Shown here: piece by piece, positions 9,761-19,730 of the stretch
Layout: each line of letters begins with the position of its first letter
Position numbering within the stretch: the first letter of the stretch is position 1
Origin: Eubacteriales bacterium
GTDB lineage: Bacteria > Bacillota > Clostridia > Oscillospirales > CAG-272
Length of the DNA: 64,000 nucleotides
Direction of reading: 5' to 3'
Assembly (NCBI GenBank): GCA_045546615.1
Contig: JAZQDD010000039.1
Span: 11,359 to 75,358, forward strand
Translations under genes and position numbers: made by a program
The notes under the pieces: generated by a model
What the model saw: the letters and a program-made list of their open reading frames with translations, nothing else
What the model was told of the DNA's origin: nothing
Databases searched by the model: none

Positions 9761-12700
9761 ATGGTTTATAGAATTTTCGTAGAGAAAAAGGCAGGACTTG
9801 ATAACGAGGCTCGCGCACTTTGCTCTGAACTTAAAAATCTCGTTGGCATTTCAAACCTTGAATACGTAAGAATACTTAACAGATATGATGCTGAAAACAT
9901 CTCCGAGGAGCTGTTTGACGAGGCTGTTCGCAGTGTGTTTTCCGAGCCTCAGCTCGATATCACGTCCTCTGATGTCGTATCCAACGGAGGATATGTTTTT
10001 GCTGTCGAATTTCTCCCCGGTCAGTTTGACCAAAGGGCGGATTCTGCCGCACAGTGCATACAGATAATTTCCTGCGGAGATCGCCCGACGATCAGAACGG
10101 CAAAAGTGTACGTTCTCGGCGGAAAGCTTACCGAGTCGGATATCGAGAAGATAAAGAAATACGTTATAAACCCCGTAGAAGCGCGCGAGGCGGCACTTGA
10201 AAAGCCCGAAACCCTTGCGGCGCAGTACGAGCTTCCGACCACTGTCGCAACACTTGACGGCTTCTGCGCGCTTGACCGCGCAGGTCTTGCTGATTTTGTG
10301 GCAAAATACGGTCTTGCAATGGATATTGACGACATCAGTTTTTGTCAGCAATATTTTATTTCAGAAAAGCGCGATCCCACTATCACCGAGATTAGGATGA
10401 TCGATACCTATTGGTCGGATCACTGCCGTCACACCACGTTCCTTACAACTATTGACAACGTGAGCTTCGAGGACGAGCTTCTCCGCGCCGCGTACGAGGA
10501 TTATCTCGCCGTTCGCAGAGAGATAGGCAGAACCAAGCCCATAAATCTCATGGACATTGCAACGGTTGCCACAAGATACCTCAAGAAAAAAGGTATGCTT
10601 GACAAGCTCGATGAATCCGAGGAGATCAATGCTTGCACTGTCAAGATTGAGATCGAGGCAGACGGTAAAAAAGAGCCTTGGCTTCTTCTTTTCAAAAACG
10701 AAACACACAATCACCCCACGGAGATTGAGCCTTTTGGCGGCGCGGCTACTTGTATTGGCGGCGCTATACGCGATCCGCTCTCGGGCAGATCCTACGTTTA
10801 TGCCGCAATGCGCGTAACAGGCGCGGCAGATCCGCTGACTCCCGTTTCCGAGACCATCAAGGGCAAACTCCCCCAGCGAAAGATAGTTACAACAGCCGCG
10901 GCGGGCTACTCCTCCTACGGTAACCAGATCGGTCTTGCTACCGGTATGGTAGACGAGCTTTATCACAAAGGCTACGCCGCCAAGCGTATGGAGATCGGTG
11001 CTGTTATTGCTGCCGCCCCCGCTGAAAACGTGCGCCGTGAGCGCCCCGAGGATGGAGACATTGTAATTCTGCTTGGCGGAAGAACAGGTCGCGACGGTTG
11101 CGGTGGAGCAACGGGTTCATCGAAAAAGCATACGATGGAATCCCTGGAAACTTGCGGAGCAGAGGTTCAAAAGGGTAATGCTCCCGAGGAAAGAAAGCTC
11201 CAGCGCCTCTTTAGAAATCCCACTGCTTGCCGTATGATCAAGCGTTGTAATGATTTTGGCGCGGGCGGTGTTTCGGTTGCGGTTGGCGAGCTTGCTGACG
11301 GACTTGACATCGATCTTAACGCAGTTCCCAAAAAATATGACGGACTTGACGGAACTGAACTTGCTATCAGCGAGTCTCAGGAGAGAATGGCCGTTGTAGT
11401 CGAGGCAAAGGATGTTGAAGGTTTTATGGCTCTTGCCGAAAGTGAAAACCTCGAGGCTACCGTAGTTGCACGCGTTACCGAAGAGCCTCGTCTGCGTATG
11501 CATTGGAATGGAAATACTATCGTTGATATTTCCCGTGAGTTCCTCAACTCAAACGGCGCTGAAAAGCATATAGATATTGCTCCCGCAACACCTGCGGATT
11601 ACGCTAAAAATATTCCCGCAGATTTTACTGATGGTTATATGGCTCTTGCATCCGACCTCAACGTATGCTCAAAGCGCGGTCTTTCGGAACGTTTTGACTC
11701 TACGATAGGTGCGGGAACCGTCCTTATGCCATTTGGCGGAAAGCATCAGAAAACACCTATTCAGGCAATGGTGCACAAGATCTCGGTAGAGAAAAAGCAT
11801 ACCGAGGATTGCTCCTTCATGTCTTGGGGATACAACCCCTTTATTACCGAAAAGAGCCCCTATCACGGCGCTTATCTTGCAGTAGTGGAGAGCGTAGCAA
11901 AGCTTATTGCCGCAGGTGCAAGCTTCGAGGACGTTTATCTCACTTTCCAGGAATATTTTGAAAAGCCCGCACGCGATCCCAAACGTTGGGGTAAGCCCTT
12001 GGCGGCGCTCCTTGGCGCATTTAAGGCACAGCTTGACCTTGGAATCGCTTCTATTGGTGGTAAGGACTCCATGAGCGGCTCTTTTGAGGACATTGATGTT
12101 CCCCCTACGCTCGTTTCCTTCGCTGTCACTACGGGAAAGACCGCAGACGTTGTTTCGGGTGAGTTCAAAAAATCCGGTTCCAATCTCATTCTTATTGCTC
12201 CCGAATACGATGAAAACGGTCTGCCTACCGCAGACTCGCTCAAAAAATGCTTTGCCACCGTTAGTGCGCTTGTGCGCGAAGGAAAGGTCTACTCGGCGTG
12301 GACGCCCACATACGGCGGTATTGCAGAGGGCGTTCTGAAAATGTGCATTGGTAATGGCTTTGGCTTCAAGTATGCTGATGGCGTTACACTTAAGAAGATA
12401 TTCTCCTATGCATACGGTGCGTTCCTCATTGAGACTGATGAAAAGATAGGTGAGCTTATAGGTACGGTTACCGATAGCGGTGCTATTGAGCTTGGTAGCG
12501 AATGTGTGAGCCTTGCACAGCTTTCACACGCGTATGAGGCAAAACTTGAGAGTGTATATCCTTGTATGGAAAAGGAAGAAGTCAAGAAGTATGAAAACTT
12601 CTCCTTTACAGCAGATAGCCGTAAAGCTCCCGCTATTATAACCTCAACACCCAAGGTTCTTATTCCCGTGTTCCCCGGAACGAACTGTGAGTACGATTCC

Positions 12701-13447
12701 GCCAAGGTTATGCGTGACGCGGGCGCAGATGCCGAAATATTCGTTATTAACAACCTTACTGCCGATTCTATAGCTCGCAGTGTGGATCAGTTTGCCGAAA
12801 AGCTCAAAACCGCACAAATGGTATTCATCCCGGGCGGTTTTTCAGGCGGCGACGAGCCTGACGGTTCTGGTAAGTTCATCATGGCGTTCTTCCGCAATGA
12901 AGCGATAAAGAACGGCGTTCACGATCTGCTTGATAACCGCGGCGGTCTTATGTGCGGTATCTGTAACGGTTTCCAGGCTCTTGTTAAACTTGGACTCGTT
13001 CCGTATGGTAAGATCATCGACACTGATGAGAATTGTCCTACGCTTACCTTTAATAACATAGCACGTCACCAATCCAAGCTCGTGCGTATCAGAGTAGCGT
13101 CCAACAAGTCTCCGTGGCTTTCCGCTACGAATGTAGGAGATGTTTACACTGTTCCGATCTCTCACGGCGAAGGCAAGTTCTTGGCTTCTGATGAGATGGT
13201 TGCCACCCTTGCTGCAAACGGTCAGATAGCTACGCAGTACGTGGATCTTGACGGTAATGCCACCGATGATATCAGATACAACCCCAACGGCTCCGTTTGC
13301 GCTATTGAAGGTATAACCTCGCCCGACGGCAGAGTATTTGGTAAGATGGGACACAGCGAGAGAATTGGCTCGGGACTTTACAAAAACGTCCCCGGTCAGT
13401 TCGATATGCAGATGTTTGCTTCTGCTGTAAAGTATTTCAAAGGCTGA
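9761..13447 (+). CDS. purL: phosphoribosylformylglycinamidine synthase, single-chain large form (PurS/L/Q fused)
   Basis: About 1228 aa. Contains ETHNHPT and a C-terminal glutaminase region (GICNGFQ...PISHGEG). ATG at 9761; the track's TTG at 9755 is an alternative start. Confidence 0.9.
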   Translation: MVYRIFVEKKAGLDNEARALCSELKNLVGISNLEYVRILNRYDAENISEELFDEAVRSVFSEPQLDITSSDVVSNGGYVFAVEFLPGQFDQRADSAAQCIQIISCGDRPTIRTAKVYVLGGKLTESDIEKIKKYVINPVEAREAALEKPETLAAQYELPTTVATLDGFCALDRAGLADFVAKYGLAMDIDDISFCQQYFISEKRDPTITEIRMIDTYWSDHCRHTTFLTTIDNVSFEDELLRAAYEDYLAVRREIGRTKPINLMDIATVATRYLKKKGMLDKLDESEEINACTVKIEIEADGKKEPWLLLFKNETHNHPTEIEPFGGAATCIGGAIRDPLSGRSYVYAAMRVTGAADPLTPVSETIKGKLPQRKIVTTAAAGYSSYGNQIGLATGMVDELYHKGYAAKRMEIGAVIAAAPAENVRRERPEDGDIVILLGGRTGRDGCGGATGSSKKHTMESLETCGAEVQKGNAPEERKLQRLFRNPTACRMIKRCNDFGAGGVSVAVGELADGLDIDLNAVPKKYDGLDGTELAISESQERMAVVVEAKDVEGFMALAESENLEATVVARVTEEPRLRMHWNGNTIVDISREFLNSNGAEKHIDIAPATPADYAKNIPADFTDGYMALASDLNVCSKRGLSERFDSTIGAGTVLMPFGGKHQKTPIQAMVHKISVEKKHTEDCSFMSWGYNPFITEKSPYHGAYLAVVESVAKLIAAGASFEDVYLTFQEYFEKPARDPKRWGKPLAALLGAFKAQLDLGIASIGGKDSMSGSFEDIDVPPTLVSFAVTTGKTADVVSGEFKKSGSNLILIAPEYDENGLPTADSLKKCFATVSALVREGKVYSAWTPTYGGIAEGVLKMCIGNGFGFKYADGVTLKKIFSYAYGAFLIETDEKIGELIGTVTDSGAIELGSECVSLAQLSHAYEAKLESVYPCMEKEEVKKYENFSFTADSRKAPAIITSTPKVLIPVFPGTNCEYDSAKVMRDAGADAEIFVINNLTADSIARSVDQFAEKLKTAQMVFIPGGFSGGDEPDGSGKFIMAFFRNEAIKNGVHDLLDNRGGLMCGICNGFQALVKLGLVPYGKIIDTDENCPTLTFNNIARHQSKLVRIRVASNKSPWLSATNVGDVYTVPISHGEGKFLASDEMVATLAANGQIATQYVDLDGNATDDIRYNPNGSVCAIEGITSPDGRVFGKMGHSERIGSGLYKNVPGQFDMQMFASAVKYFKG

Positions 13448-13485
13448 ACGCTTCTCTGAATTATTAAACCTTGGAGGAAAATAAA

Positions 13486-15159
13486 GTGGCATACCTTTCT
13501 GATATTGAAATCGCTCAGGCGGCGAAAATGTCATATATAGGCGATATAGCCAAAACCGCAGGTATCGACGATAAGTATCTTGAACCGTATGGTAAATATA
13601 AGGCTAAGGTCGATTATTCTCTCCTTAATGAATCCTCGCGCCCTAACGGCAAGCTCGTTCTTGTAACAGCTATTACACCTACTCCTGCAGGAGAAGGAAA
13701 GACCACCACCACCATCGGACTTTCTGACGGACTTCGTAGGATCGGTAAAAACGTTGTAGTTGCGCTCCGTGAGCCGTCTCTTGGACCCGTTTTCGGTGTC
13801 AAGGGCGGCGCTGCGGGCGGCGGTTATGCGCAGGTTCTTCCCATGGAGGACATCAATCTGCATTTTACGGGAGATTTTCACGCTATCGGCGCGGCAAATA
13901 ATCTCCTTGCCGCTATGCTTGATAACCACATCTATCAGGGAAACGCGCTCGGAATCGATCCTCGCCGCATCACTTGGCGCAGATGTGTTGATATGAACGA
14001 CCGTCAGCTCCGTTTCGTAACGGACGGCCTTGGCGGACGTTTCAACGGTGTTCCGCGTGAGGACGGATATGATATTACTGTAGCATCCGAGATCATGGCA
14101 GTTTTCTGTCTTTCGTCGTCTATAACTGACCTGAAAGAAAGACTTTCCCGCATAGTTGTTGCTTATACCTATGAGGACAAGCCCGTAACGGCGGGCGATC
14201 TTAAAGCTGTTGGCGCAATGACGGCATTACTCAAAGATGCTCTCAAACCCAATCTCGTGCAAACAATGGAGGGAACTCCCGCATTTGTTCACGGCGGTCC
14301 TTTTGCTAACATCGCTCACGGCTGTAACTCCATTATCGCGACAAGAATGGCAATGAAGCTTGGTGATTATGCGGTGACTGAGGCAGGATTTGGCGCCGAT
14401 CTCGGAGCAGAGAAGTTCCTCGATATCAAGTGCCGTGCGGCGGGGATTCGCCCCAATGCCGTAGTCGTTGTGGCGACTGTTCGTGCGCTTAAAATGCATG
14501 GCGGAACACCTAAAACCGAGCTTGGCACAGAGAATCTTGAATCTCTCGAAAAAGGCATTCCTAACCTTCTTCGCCACGTTTCTAACATCAAGAACGTGTA
14601 TAAGCTCCCATGCGTAGTGGCTGTTAACCGTTTCCCCACCGACACTGATGCGGAGATAGCTCTTGTTATAGAAAAGTGCAAAACGCTTGGCGTAAACGTA
14701 GCTCTCTCTACCGTGTGGGCAGATGGCGGCAAGGGCGGTGTAGCGCTTGCCGAGGAGGTTGTGCGCCTTTGTGAGGAGAAGAATGATTTCTCGTTCAGCT
14801 ATGAGCTTGACCTTTCCATAAAAGAAAAGATCGAGACCATCGTTCGCCGCATCTACGGCGGCGTGGGAGTATCCTTTGATGCATCTGCTGAAAAATCTAT
14901 TGCAAAACTCGCCGCGCTTGGCTTTGATAAGCTTCCGATCTGCGTAGCCAAAACGCAATACAGCTTTTCGGACGATGCTACAAAGCTTGGTGCGCCCGAG
15001 GGCTTTACCGTTAATGTGCGTGACGTTAAGGTGTCTGCGGGAGCAGGCTTTATCGTTGTGCTGACGGGTGCTATCATGACGATGCCCGGACTTCCGCCAA
15101 AGCCCGCCGCCGAGAAGATCGACGTGGACGAAAACGGAAGAATATCAGGACTCTTCTGA
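13486..15159 (+). CDS. fhs: formate--tetrahydrofolate ligase
   Basis: [15 protein letters not shown] motif. A GTG at 13486 follows a GGAGGA RBS; the track's TTG at 13471 overlaps that RBS. Confidence 0.9.
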   Translation: MAYLSDIEIAQAAKMSYIGDIAKTAGIDDKYLEPYGKYKAKVDYSLLNESSRPNGKLVLVTAITPTPAGEGKTTTTIGLSDGLRRIGKNVVVALREPSLGPVFGVKGGAAGGGYAQVLPMEDINLHFTGDFHAIGAANNLLAAMLDNHIYQGNALGIDPRRITWRRCVDMNDRQLRFVTDGLGGRFNGVPREDGYDITVASEIMAVFCLSSSITDLKERLSRIVVAYTYEDKPVTAGDLKAVGAMTALLKDALKPNLVQTMEGTPAFVHGGPFANIAHGCNSIIATRMAMKLGDYAVTEAGFGADLGAEKFLDIKCRAAGIRPNAVVVVATVRALKMHGGTPKTELGTENLESLEKGIPNLLRHVSNIKNVYKLPCVVAVNRFPTDTDAEIALVIEKCKTLGVNVALSTVWADGGKGGVALAEEVVRLCEEKNDFSFSYELDLSIKEKIETIVRRIYGGVGVSFDASAEKSIAKLAALGFDKLPICVAKTQYSFSDDATKLGAPEGFTVNVRDVKVSAGAGFIVVLTGAIMTMPGLPPKPAAEKIDVDENGRISGLF

Positions 15160-15174
15160 TTTTTATATACAAAA

Positions 15175-15208
15175 AACAGCACCTCTTTCGAAGTGGCGCT
15201 GTTTTTTG
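15175..15208 (+). terminator. terminator at the end of the pur-fhs operon
   Basis: Stem cagcacc/ggcgctg (one mismatch) followed by TTTTTT. Confidence 0.5.
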
Positions 15209-15237
15209 TGTTTTTGATAAAAAATACAAACTTTGTA

Positions 15238-15266
15238 TTGACAAAGTAACGTATTTATGGTATTAT
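15238..15266 (+). promoter_or_regulatory. sigma-A promoter with extended -10
   Basis: TTGACA, 17-nt spacer, TGgTATTAT. Confidence 0.55.
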
Positions 15267-15285
15267 GAATTAACTGAAATAAAGA

Positions 15286-15460
15286 ATAGAGGCGCGACTG
15301 TTCAAAAGTAAGGTTTGTGTAACGCTCGCAACGATTGCAAACACGAAAGGGGAGGTCGCCGAAGGAGCGCGAGGCGAAAGCGTATCCTGGTAACTCGGAC
15401 AATATCCGTTTTACTGTCGTGGACGGCGGTTTGCGCCGTTTTAACGGAGTGCTATCATTA
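15286..15460 (+). promoter_or_regulatory. lysine riboswitch (L-box)
   Basis: AGAGGCGC start, GGGGAGGTCGCCGAAGG core, CTGTCGTGG and GGAGTGCTATC 3' elements. Lies upstream of dapA-dapB-lysA. The expression platform is not clear to me. Confidence 0.8.
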
Positions 15461-15568
15461 TTATTTGAATATACGTCCTCACCAGAGGACCTTCGGTAAT
15501 TGTGGTAGTCGATGTTATATCGGCTATTTTTATTTTTCAGAATAATTATTATTTCAGGAGAAACAGAG

Positions 15569-16456
15569 ATGAAAACAGTATTTACAGGTGCGGCTTCTGC
15601 AATTATTACCCCATTTGATAATCAAGGGAATATCGATTTTGATGCTTTTGGGCGTCTGCTTGATTGGCAGGTCAGCGAGGGCATCGATGCTATTGTTGTT
15701 GGCGGCACAACCGGTGAGGGCTCGACTCTTACCGATGCGGAGCATAAGGCTATTATAAAGTTTGCTGTTGACCAGATAGCAGGCAGAGTGCCCGTTATCG
15801 CAGGAACAGGCTCTAACCATACCGACTATGCACTTGAGCTTACACGCTATTCATGCGAGGTCGGTGCTGATGCGGCGCTTGTTGTTACACCTTATTATAA
15901 CAAGGCTACACAGAAGGGACTCATTAAAATGTATGAGACCATTGCAGATGCAAGCTCCATTCCGCTTATTCTGTATAATGTACCTTCTCGTACCGGCGTC
16001 AATATTGATCCCGCAACCTATGCGGCCCTTGCTGACCACCCTATGATTCAGGGAATCAAAGAAGCAAGCGGAGACCTCTCTCGCGCCGCTGAAACACTCC
16101 ATCTTGTTGGCGATAAGCTTGATATGTATTCGGGAAATGACGATCAGATAATCCCTATTATGTCACTTGGCGGAAAGGGTGTAATTTCCGTGCTTTCCAA
16201 TCCGCTTCCTAAGCTCACAAGCCGTATGTGCCACCTCTTCCTCGAAGGAAAGACGACGGAAGCCGCAAAACTTCAGCTTGATATGATTCCTCTTGTCAAG
16301 GCATTGTTCTCCGAGGTCAACCCCATTCCCGCAAAGGCGGCAATGGCTGCCATGGGATACGGCGCGGATTATCTGCGTTCGCCGCTTACCCCTATGGAGG
16401 ATGCTCACAAGGAAGTTCTCTTCACCCGCATGCGCGAGGCAGGCATAAATATCTAA
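15569..16456 (+). CDS. dapA: 4-hydroxy-tetrahydrodipicolinate synthase
   Basis: MKTVFTGAASAIITPF ... GTTGE ... YNVPSRTG. An ATG at 15569 follows AGGAGA. The longer track ORF runs into the leader. Confidence 0.9.
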   Translation: MKTVFTGAASAIITPFDNQGNIDFDAFGRLLDWQVSEGIDAIVVGGTTGEGSTLTDAEHKAIIKFAVDQIAGRVPVIAGTGSNHTDYALELTRYSCEVGADAALVVTPYYNKATQKGLIKMYETIADASSIPLILYNVPSRTGVNIDPATYAALADHPMIQGIKEASGDLSRAAETLHLVGDKLDMYSGNDDQIIPIMSLGGKGVISVLSNPLPKLTSRMCHLFLEGKTTEAAKLQLDMIPLVKALFSEVNPIPAKAAMAAMGYGADYLRSPLTPMEDAHKEVLFTRMREAGINI

Positions 16457-16478
16457 TATAAATTTAGGAAGTAAAAAA

Positions 16479-17228
16479 ATGAAGATTATACTGAATGGCT
16501 CTCTCGGCAGAGTAGGCGGCGAGCTTCAACGTCTTTGCGACGGCGGATATCACGGAACCAAAATCGCTGCCTATGTTGATATAAATAACCAATCCGTTCC
16601 GAGCAGAAAAATTTATAACGATATATTTGATTTTACGGGAGCGGCTGACTGCATCATTGATTTTTCGCATCACAGCGCAACAAAAAAGCTGACGGATTAT
16701 GCCGTTGAGCGCCGCATCCCCCTCGTGATAGCTACAACGGGACACACACCCGAAGAGCTTGCTATGATCGAGGAAGCCTCAAAAAAGATAGCTATCTTCC
16801 ATTCTGCAAATATGTCCGTTGGTGTAGCGGTGCTTGTGAAGCTTGCAAAGTCCGCCGTTGCGGCGTTCCCGGATGCAGATATAGAAATTATTGAAAAGCA
16901 TCACAACCGCAAACTTGACGTTCCCAGCGGAACAGCTCTTATGCTCGCTAATGCGATAAAGCTCGTCCGCCGCGACTCCGAGTTTGTTATTGGTCGTAGC
17001 GAGAACGGTATGCGCCAGCCCCAGCACATCGGTATTCACGCCGTCAGAATGGGCAATATCATCGGTGAGCATGAGGTCATAATCGGCACGGATTCGCAGA
17101 CTATAACTCTCAAGCATGAGGCACATAGCAGAGCTTTGTTTGCGGAGGGGGCTATAGCGGCGGCTGAATTTATGAGCGGAAAGAAAAACGGTCTTTATAC
17201 AATGGAGGATATGCTCCGCGACCGTTAA
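16479..17228 (+). CDS. dapB: 4-hydroxy-tetrahydrodipicolinate reductase
   Basis: 249 aa. Contains EKHHNRKLDVPSGTA (DapB signature E-x-HH-x-x-K-x-D-A-PSGTA). Confidence 0.9.
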   Translation: MKIILNGSLGRVGGELQRLCDGGYHGTKIAAYVDINNQSVPSRKIYNDIFDFTGAADCIIDFSHHSATKKLTDYAVERRIPLVIATTGHTPEELAMIEEASKKIAIFHSANMSVGVAVLVKLAKSAVAAFPDADIEIIEKHHNRKLDVPSGTALMLANAIKLVRRDSEFVIGRSENGMRQPQHIGIHAVRMGNIIGEHEVIIGTDSQTITLKHEAHSRALFAEGAIAAAEFMSGKKNGLYTMEDMLRDR

Positions 17229-17273
17229 AATTGCAGTTTTTGCAGTTATATTTTAATTATTAAGGATTTTAAA

Positions 17274-18569
17274 ATGATTAGTGATAACATTTCTATCAAT
17301 TCCGCGGGGCATCTTTGCTTTGCGGGACACGATACCGTTGACCTTGCAAAGAAATACGGAACTCCGCTGTATCTTATAGATGAGCAAAGAGTAAGAGAAC
17401 GTTGCCGCATATATGCCGAGGCAATGAAGAATGCTTTTGGCGGCGATTCTCACCCTCTTTTTGCAAGCAAGGCGCTTTCCTTTAAGCGCATTTATGAGAT
17501 AATAAACGAGGAGGGAATAGGAACTGATATCGTCTCTCCCGGTGAGCTTTACACCGCTGTTTTGGCAGGATTCCCCATGGAAAAGGCGTATTTCCACGGA
17601 AATAACAAGACTGATGATGATATTGCCTTTGCAATGGATAGCGGTATAGGCTATTTTGTTTGCGATAATATTGAGGAGCTTAACGCTATTGATGCCGAAG
17701 CATCAAAGAGAGGGATAGTTCAAAAAATACTTCTCAGAATCACTCCCGGAATCGATCCTCATACGCTGGAGAAGATAAGCACGGGCAAAGTCGACTCCAA
17801 GTTCGGTGCGGCTATTGAAACGGGGCAGGCGGATGAGATAACCGCCGCGGCGCTTTCTCTGCCGAATATAAAGCTACAAGGCTTCCATTGCCATATCGGT
17901 TCTCAAATATTTGAGTTTGAGCCGTTTTGCGATGCCGCAAGAACCATGCTTGAGTTCATTGCGCAAATCAAGAGCAAATACGCATACGAAGCACAAGAGC
18001 TTAATCTCGGCGGCGGAATGGCTGTAAGATACAAGGAAGAGCATCCAAGCATAAGCTATGCCGATAATATAGCAGAAATAGGCATACTTATTGATTCTCT
18101 TTGTAGAGAGCTTCAAATCAAGAAGCCCACTATCCTCATGGAACCCGGAAGAAGCATTGTCGGAGATGCGGGAATGACTCTGTATACCGCAGGAACGCTG
18201 AAGGAGATCAAGGGATTTAAGACCTACGTTTCGATAGATGGCGGAATGTGCGACAATCCGCGCTACGCCCTTTACGGTTCGCCGTATACCGTCATGCTTG
18301 CAAACCGCGCAAATGACGAGGCGGATTGCATCTGCACCGTGGCTGGAAGATGTTGCGAAAGCGGCGATCTCATTCAGGAAAACGTGGCTCTTCCCAGACC
18401 GAAGCGCGGAGATATCGTTGCTGTGTTGACAACGGGGGCTTATAATTATTCGATGTCATCGAATTATAACCGTTTGCCCCGTCCCGCACTCGTTATGCTT
18501 GATGGCGGTAGGGACTATGTCGCGGTAAGACGTGAGACCTTTGCTGACGTGGCAAGAAACGATATATAA
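17274..18569 (+). CDS. lysA: diaminopimelate decarboxylase
   Basis: 431 aa of the PLP fold-III decarboxylase family (FASKA ... HCHIGSQ ... CESGD). Confidence 0.9.
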   Translation: MISDNISINSAGHLCFAGHDTVDLAKKYGTPLYLIDEQRVRERCRIYAEAMKNAFGGDSHPLFASKALSFKRIYEIINEEGIGTDIVSPGELYTAVLAGFPMEKAYFHGNNKTDDDIAFAMDSGIGYFVCDNIEELNAIDAEASKRGIVQKILLRITPGIDPHTLEKISTGKVDSKFGAAIETGQADEITAAALSLPNIKLQGFHCHIGSQIFEFEPFCDAARTMLEFIAQIKSKYAYEAQELNLGGGMAVRYKEEHPSISYADNIAEIGILIDSLCRELQIKKPTILMEPGRSIVGDAGMTLYTAGTLKEIKGFKTYVSIDGGMCDNPRYALYGSPYTVMLANRANDEADCICTVAGRCCESGDLIQENVALPRPKRGDIVAVLTTGAYNYSMSSNYNRLPRPALVMLDGGRDYVAVRRETFADVARNDI

Positions 18570-18575
18570 TTAGAA

Positions 18576-18611
18576 AAACGAAGCTTCACCCACGTGGAGC
18601 TTCGTTTTTTT
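18576..18611 (+). terminator. terminator after lysA
   Basis: Stem acgaagct/agcttcgt followed by TTTTTTT. Confidence 0.7.
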
Positions 18612-18694
18612 GAATAATAATACAAACACAAATTGTTATTTTATATTTATTTTTAATAAAATAAAAAATACTTTGCACAAAGTGAAAATAACTA

Positions 18695-18723
18695 TTGACA
18701 AGCACAAAACAATGTTGTATAAT
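18695..18723 (+). promoter_or_regulatory. sigma-A promoter of the arg operon
   Basis: TTGACA, 17-nt spacer, TATAAT (perfect consensus). Confidence 0.6.
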
Positions 18724-18797
18724 TAATCTATATTGTTTGGCGAAAATGCATAAACATACAAGCGTTTGATGAATATACATAAAAGGATAAATTTACC

Positions 18798-19718
18798 ATG
18801 CCAAAGATTTTTATTGACGGAAGTGCAGGTACCACGGGACTTCGTATATATGAAAGACTTGAGGGACGTTCCGATCTTGAGCTGATCGTTTTATCTGAGG
18901 AGCTTCGCAAGGATACAGAGGCTCGCAGAGAGGCTATAAATAGCGCAGACATTGCTTTTTTATGCCTTCCCGATGCCGCGGCTATTGAGGCTGTTTCGCT
19001 TGTTGAGAACACCGCTACAGCTATCATTGACACATCAACCGCTCATAGAACGAGCGAAGGGTGGACTTATGGCTTTCCGGAGCTTTGCGGACAGCGTGAA
19101 AAGATCGCGGTTTCAAAGAGGATCGCCAATCCGGGATGTCACGCTACTGGATTTATCTCGCTTGTCGCCCCCCTTGTAGAAATTGGTATAATTCCGCAAG
19201 ATGCGCTTCTCACCGCGTTTTCGCTTACGGGGTATTCGGGCGGCGGAAAAAAGATGATCGCTGAATACGAGTCCGAGAGCAGAGATACGCTCTTGGGTGC
19301 TCCGCGTCAATACGGACTTACACAGATGCACAAGCATCTGCCGGAAATGTCAAAGATATGCGGCATTGCAAACGCTCCCGTTTTTTGCCCGATAGTCGGT
19401 GATTTTTACAGCGGAATGGAGGTTACTGTCCCCCTGTTTGCGTCTGCGATAAACGGAACGCTCGAGGATATCAAAAAAGCCTATTCCGCCTACTACACAA
19501 ACGGACTTGTAAGCTTTACCGAGAATGATGAGGGCGGATTTATGTCAGCTTGTGCTTTCTCGGGCAGAGACGATCTTGTGGTCAGCGCACACGGCAACAA
19601 TGACAGGATTATACTCACGGCACGCTTTGATAATCTCGGTAAGGGAGCATCTGGTGCGGCTATACAGAATATGAACATTCTTTTGGGTGTTGATGAAAAA
19701 ACAGGACTTGTAATTTAA
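18798..19718 (+). CDS. argC: N-acetyl-gamma-glutamyl-phosphate reductase (short type)
   Basis: 306 aa. Contains GSAGTTG ... ANPGCHATG with the active-site Cys. Confidence 0.85.
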   Translation: MPKIFIDGSAGTTGLRIYERLEGRSDLELIVLSEELRKDTEARREAINSADIAFLCLPDAAAIEAVSLVENTATAIIDTSTAHRTSEGWTYGFPELCGQREKIAVSKRIANPGCHATGFISLVAPLVEIGIIPQDALLTAFSLTGYSGGGKKMIAEYESESRDTLLGAPRQYGLTQMHKHLPEMSKICGIANAPVFCPIVGDFYSGMEVTVPLFASAINGTLEDIKKAYSAYYTNGLVSFTENDEGGFMSACAFSGRDDLVVSAHGNNDRIILTARFDNLGKGASGAAIQNMNILLGVDEKTGLVI

Positions 19719-19730
19719 GGAGATATAAAG

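Noticed and set aside
15315-15545. 76-aa ORF upstream of dapA, and the extended dapA start at 15512.
   Set aside because: It overlaps the L-box riboswitch. dapA has a proper RBS and ATG at 15569.
15461-15568. Terminator for the L-box expression platform (hairpin gtcctc/gaggac at about 15475-15492).
   Set aside because: The hairpin is not followed by a U run. I could not define a convincing terminator or SD-sequestering helix, so only the aptamer is reported.
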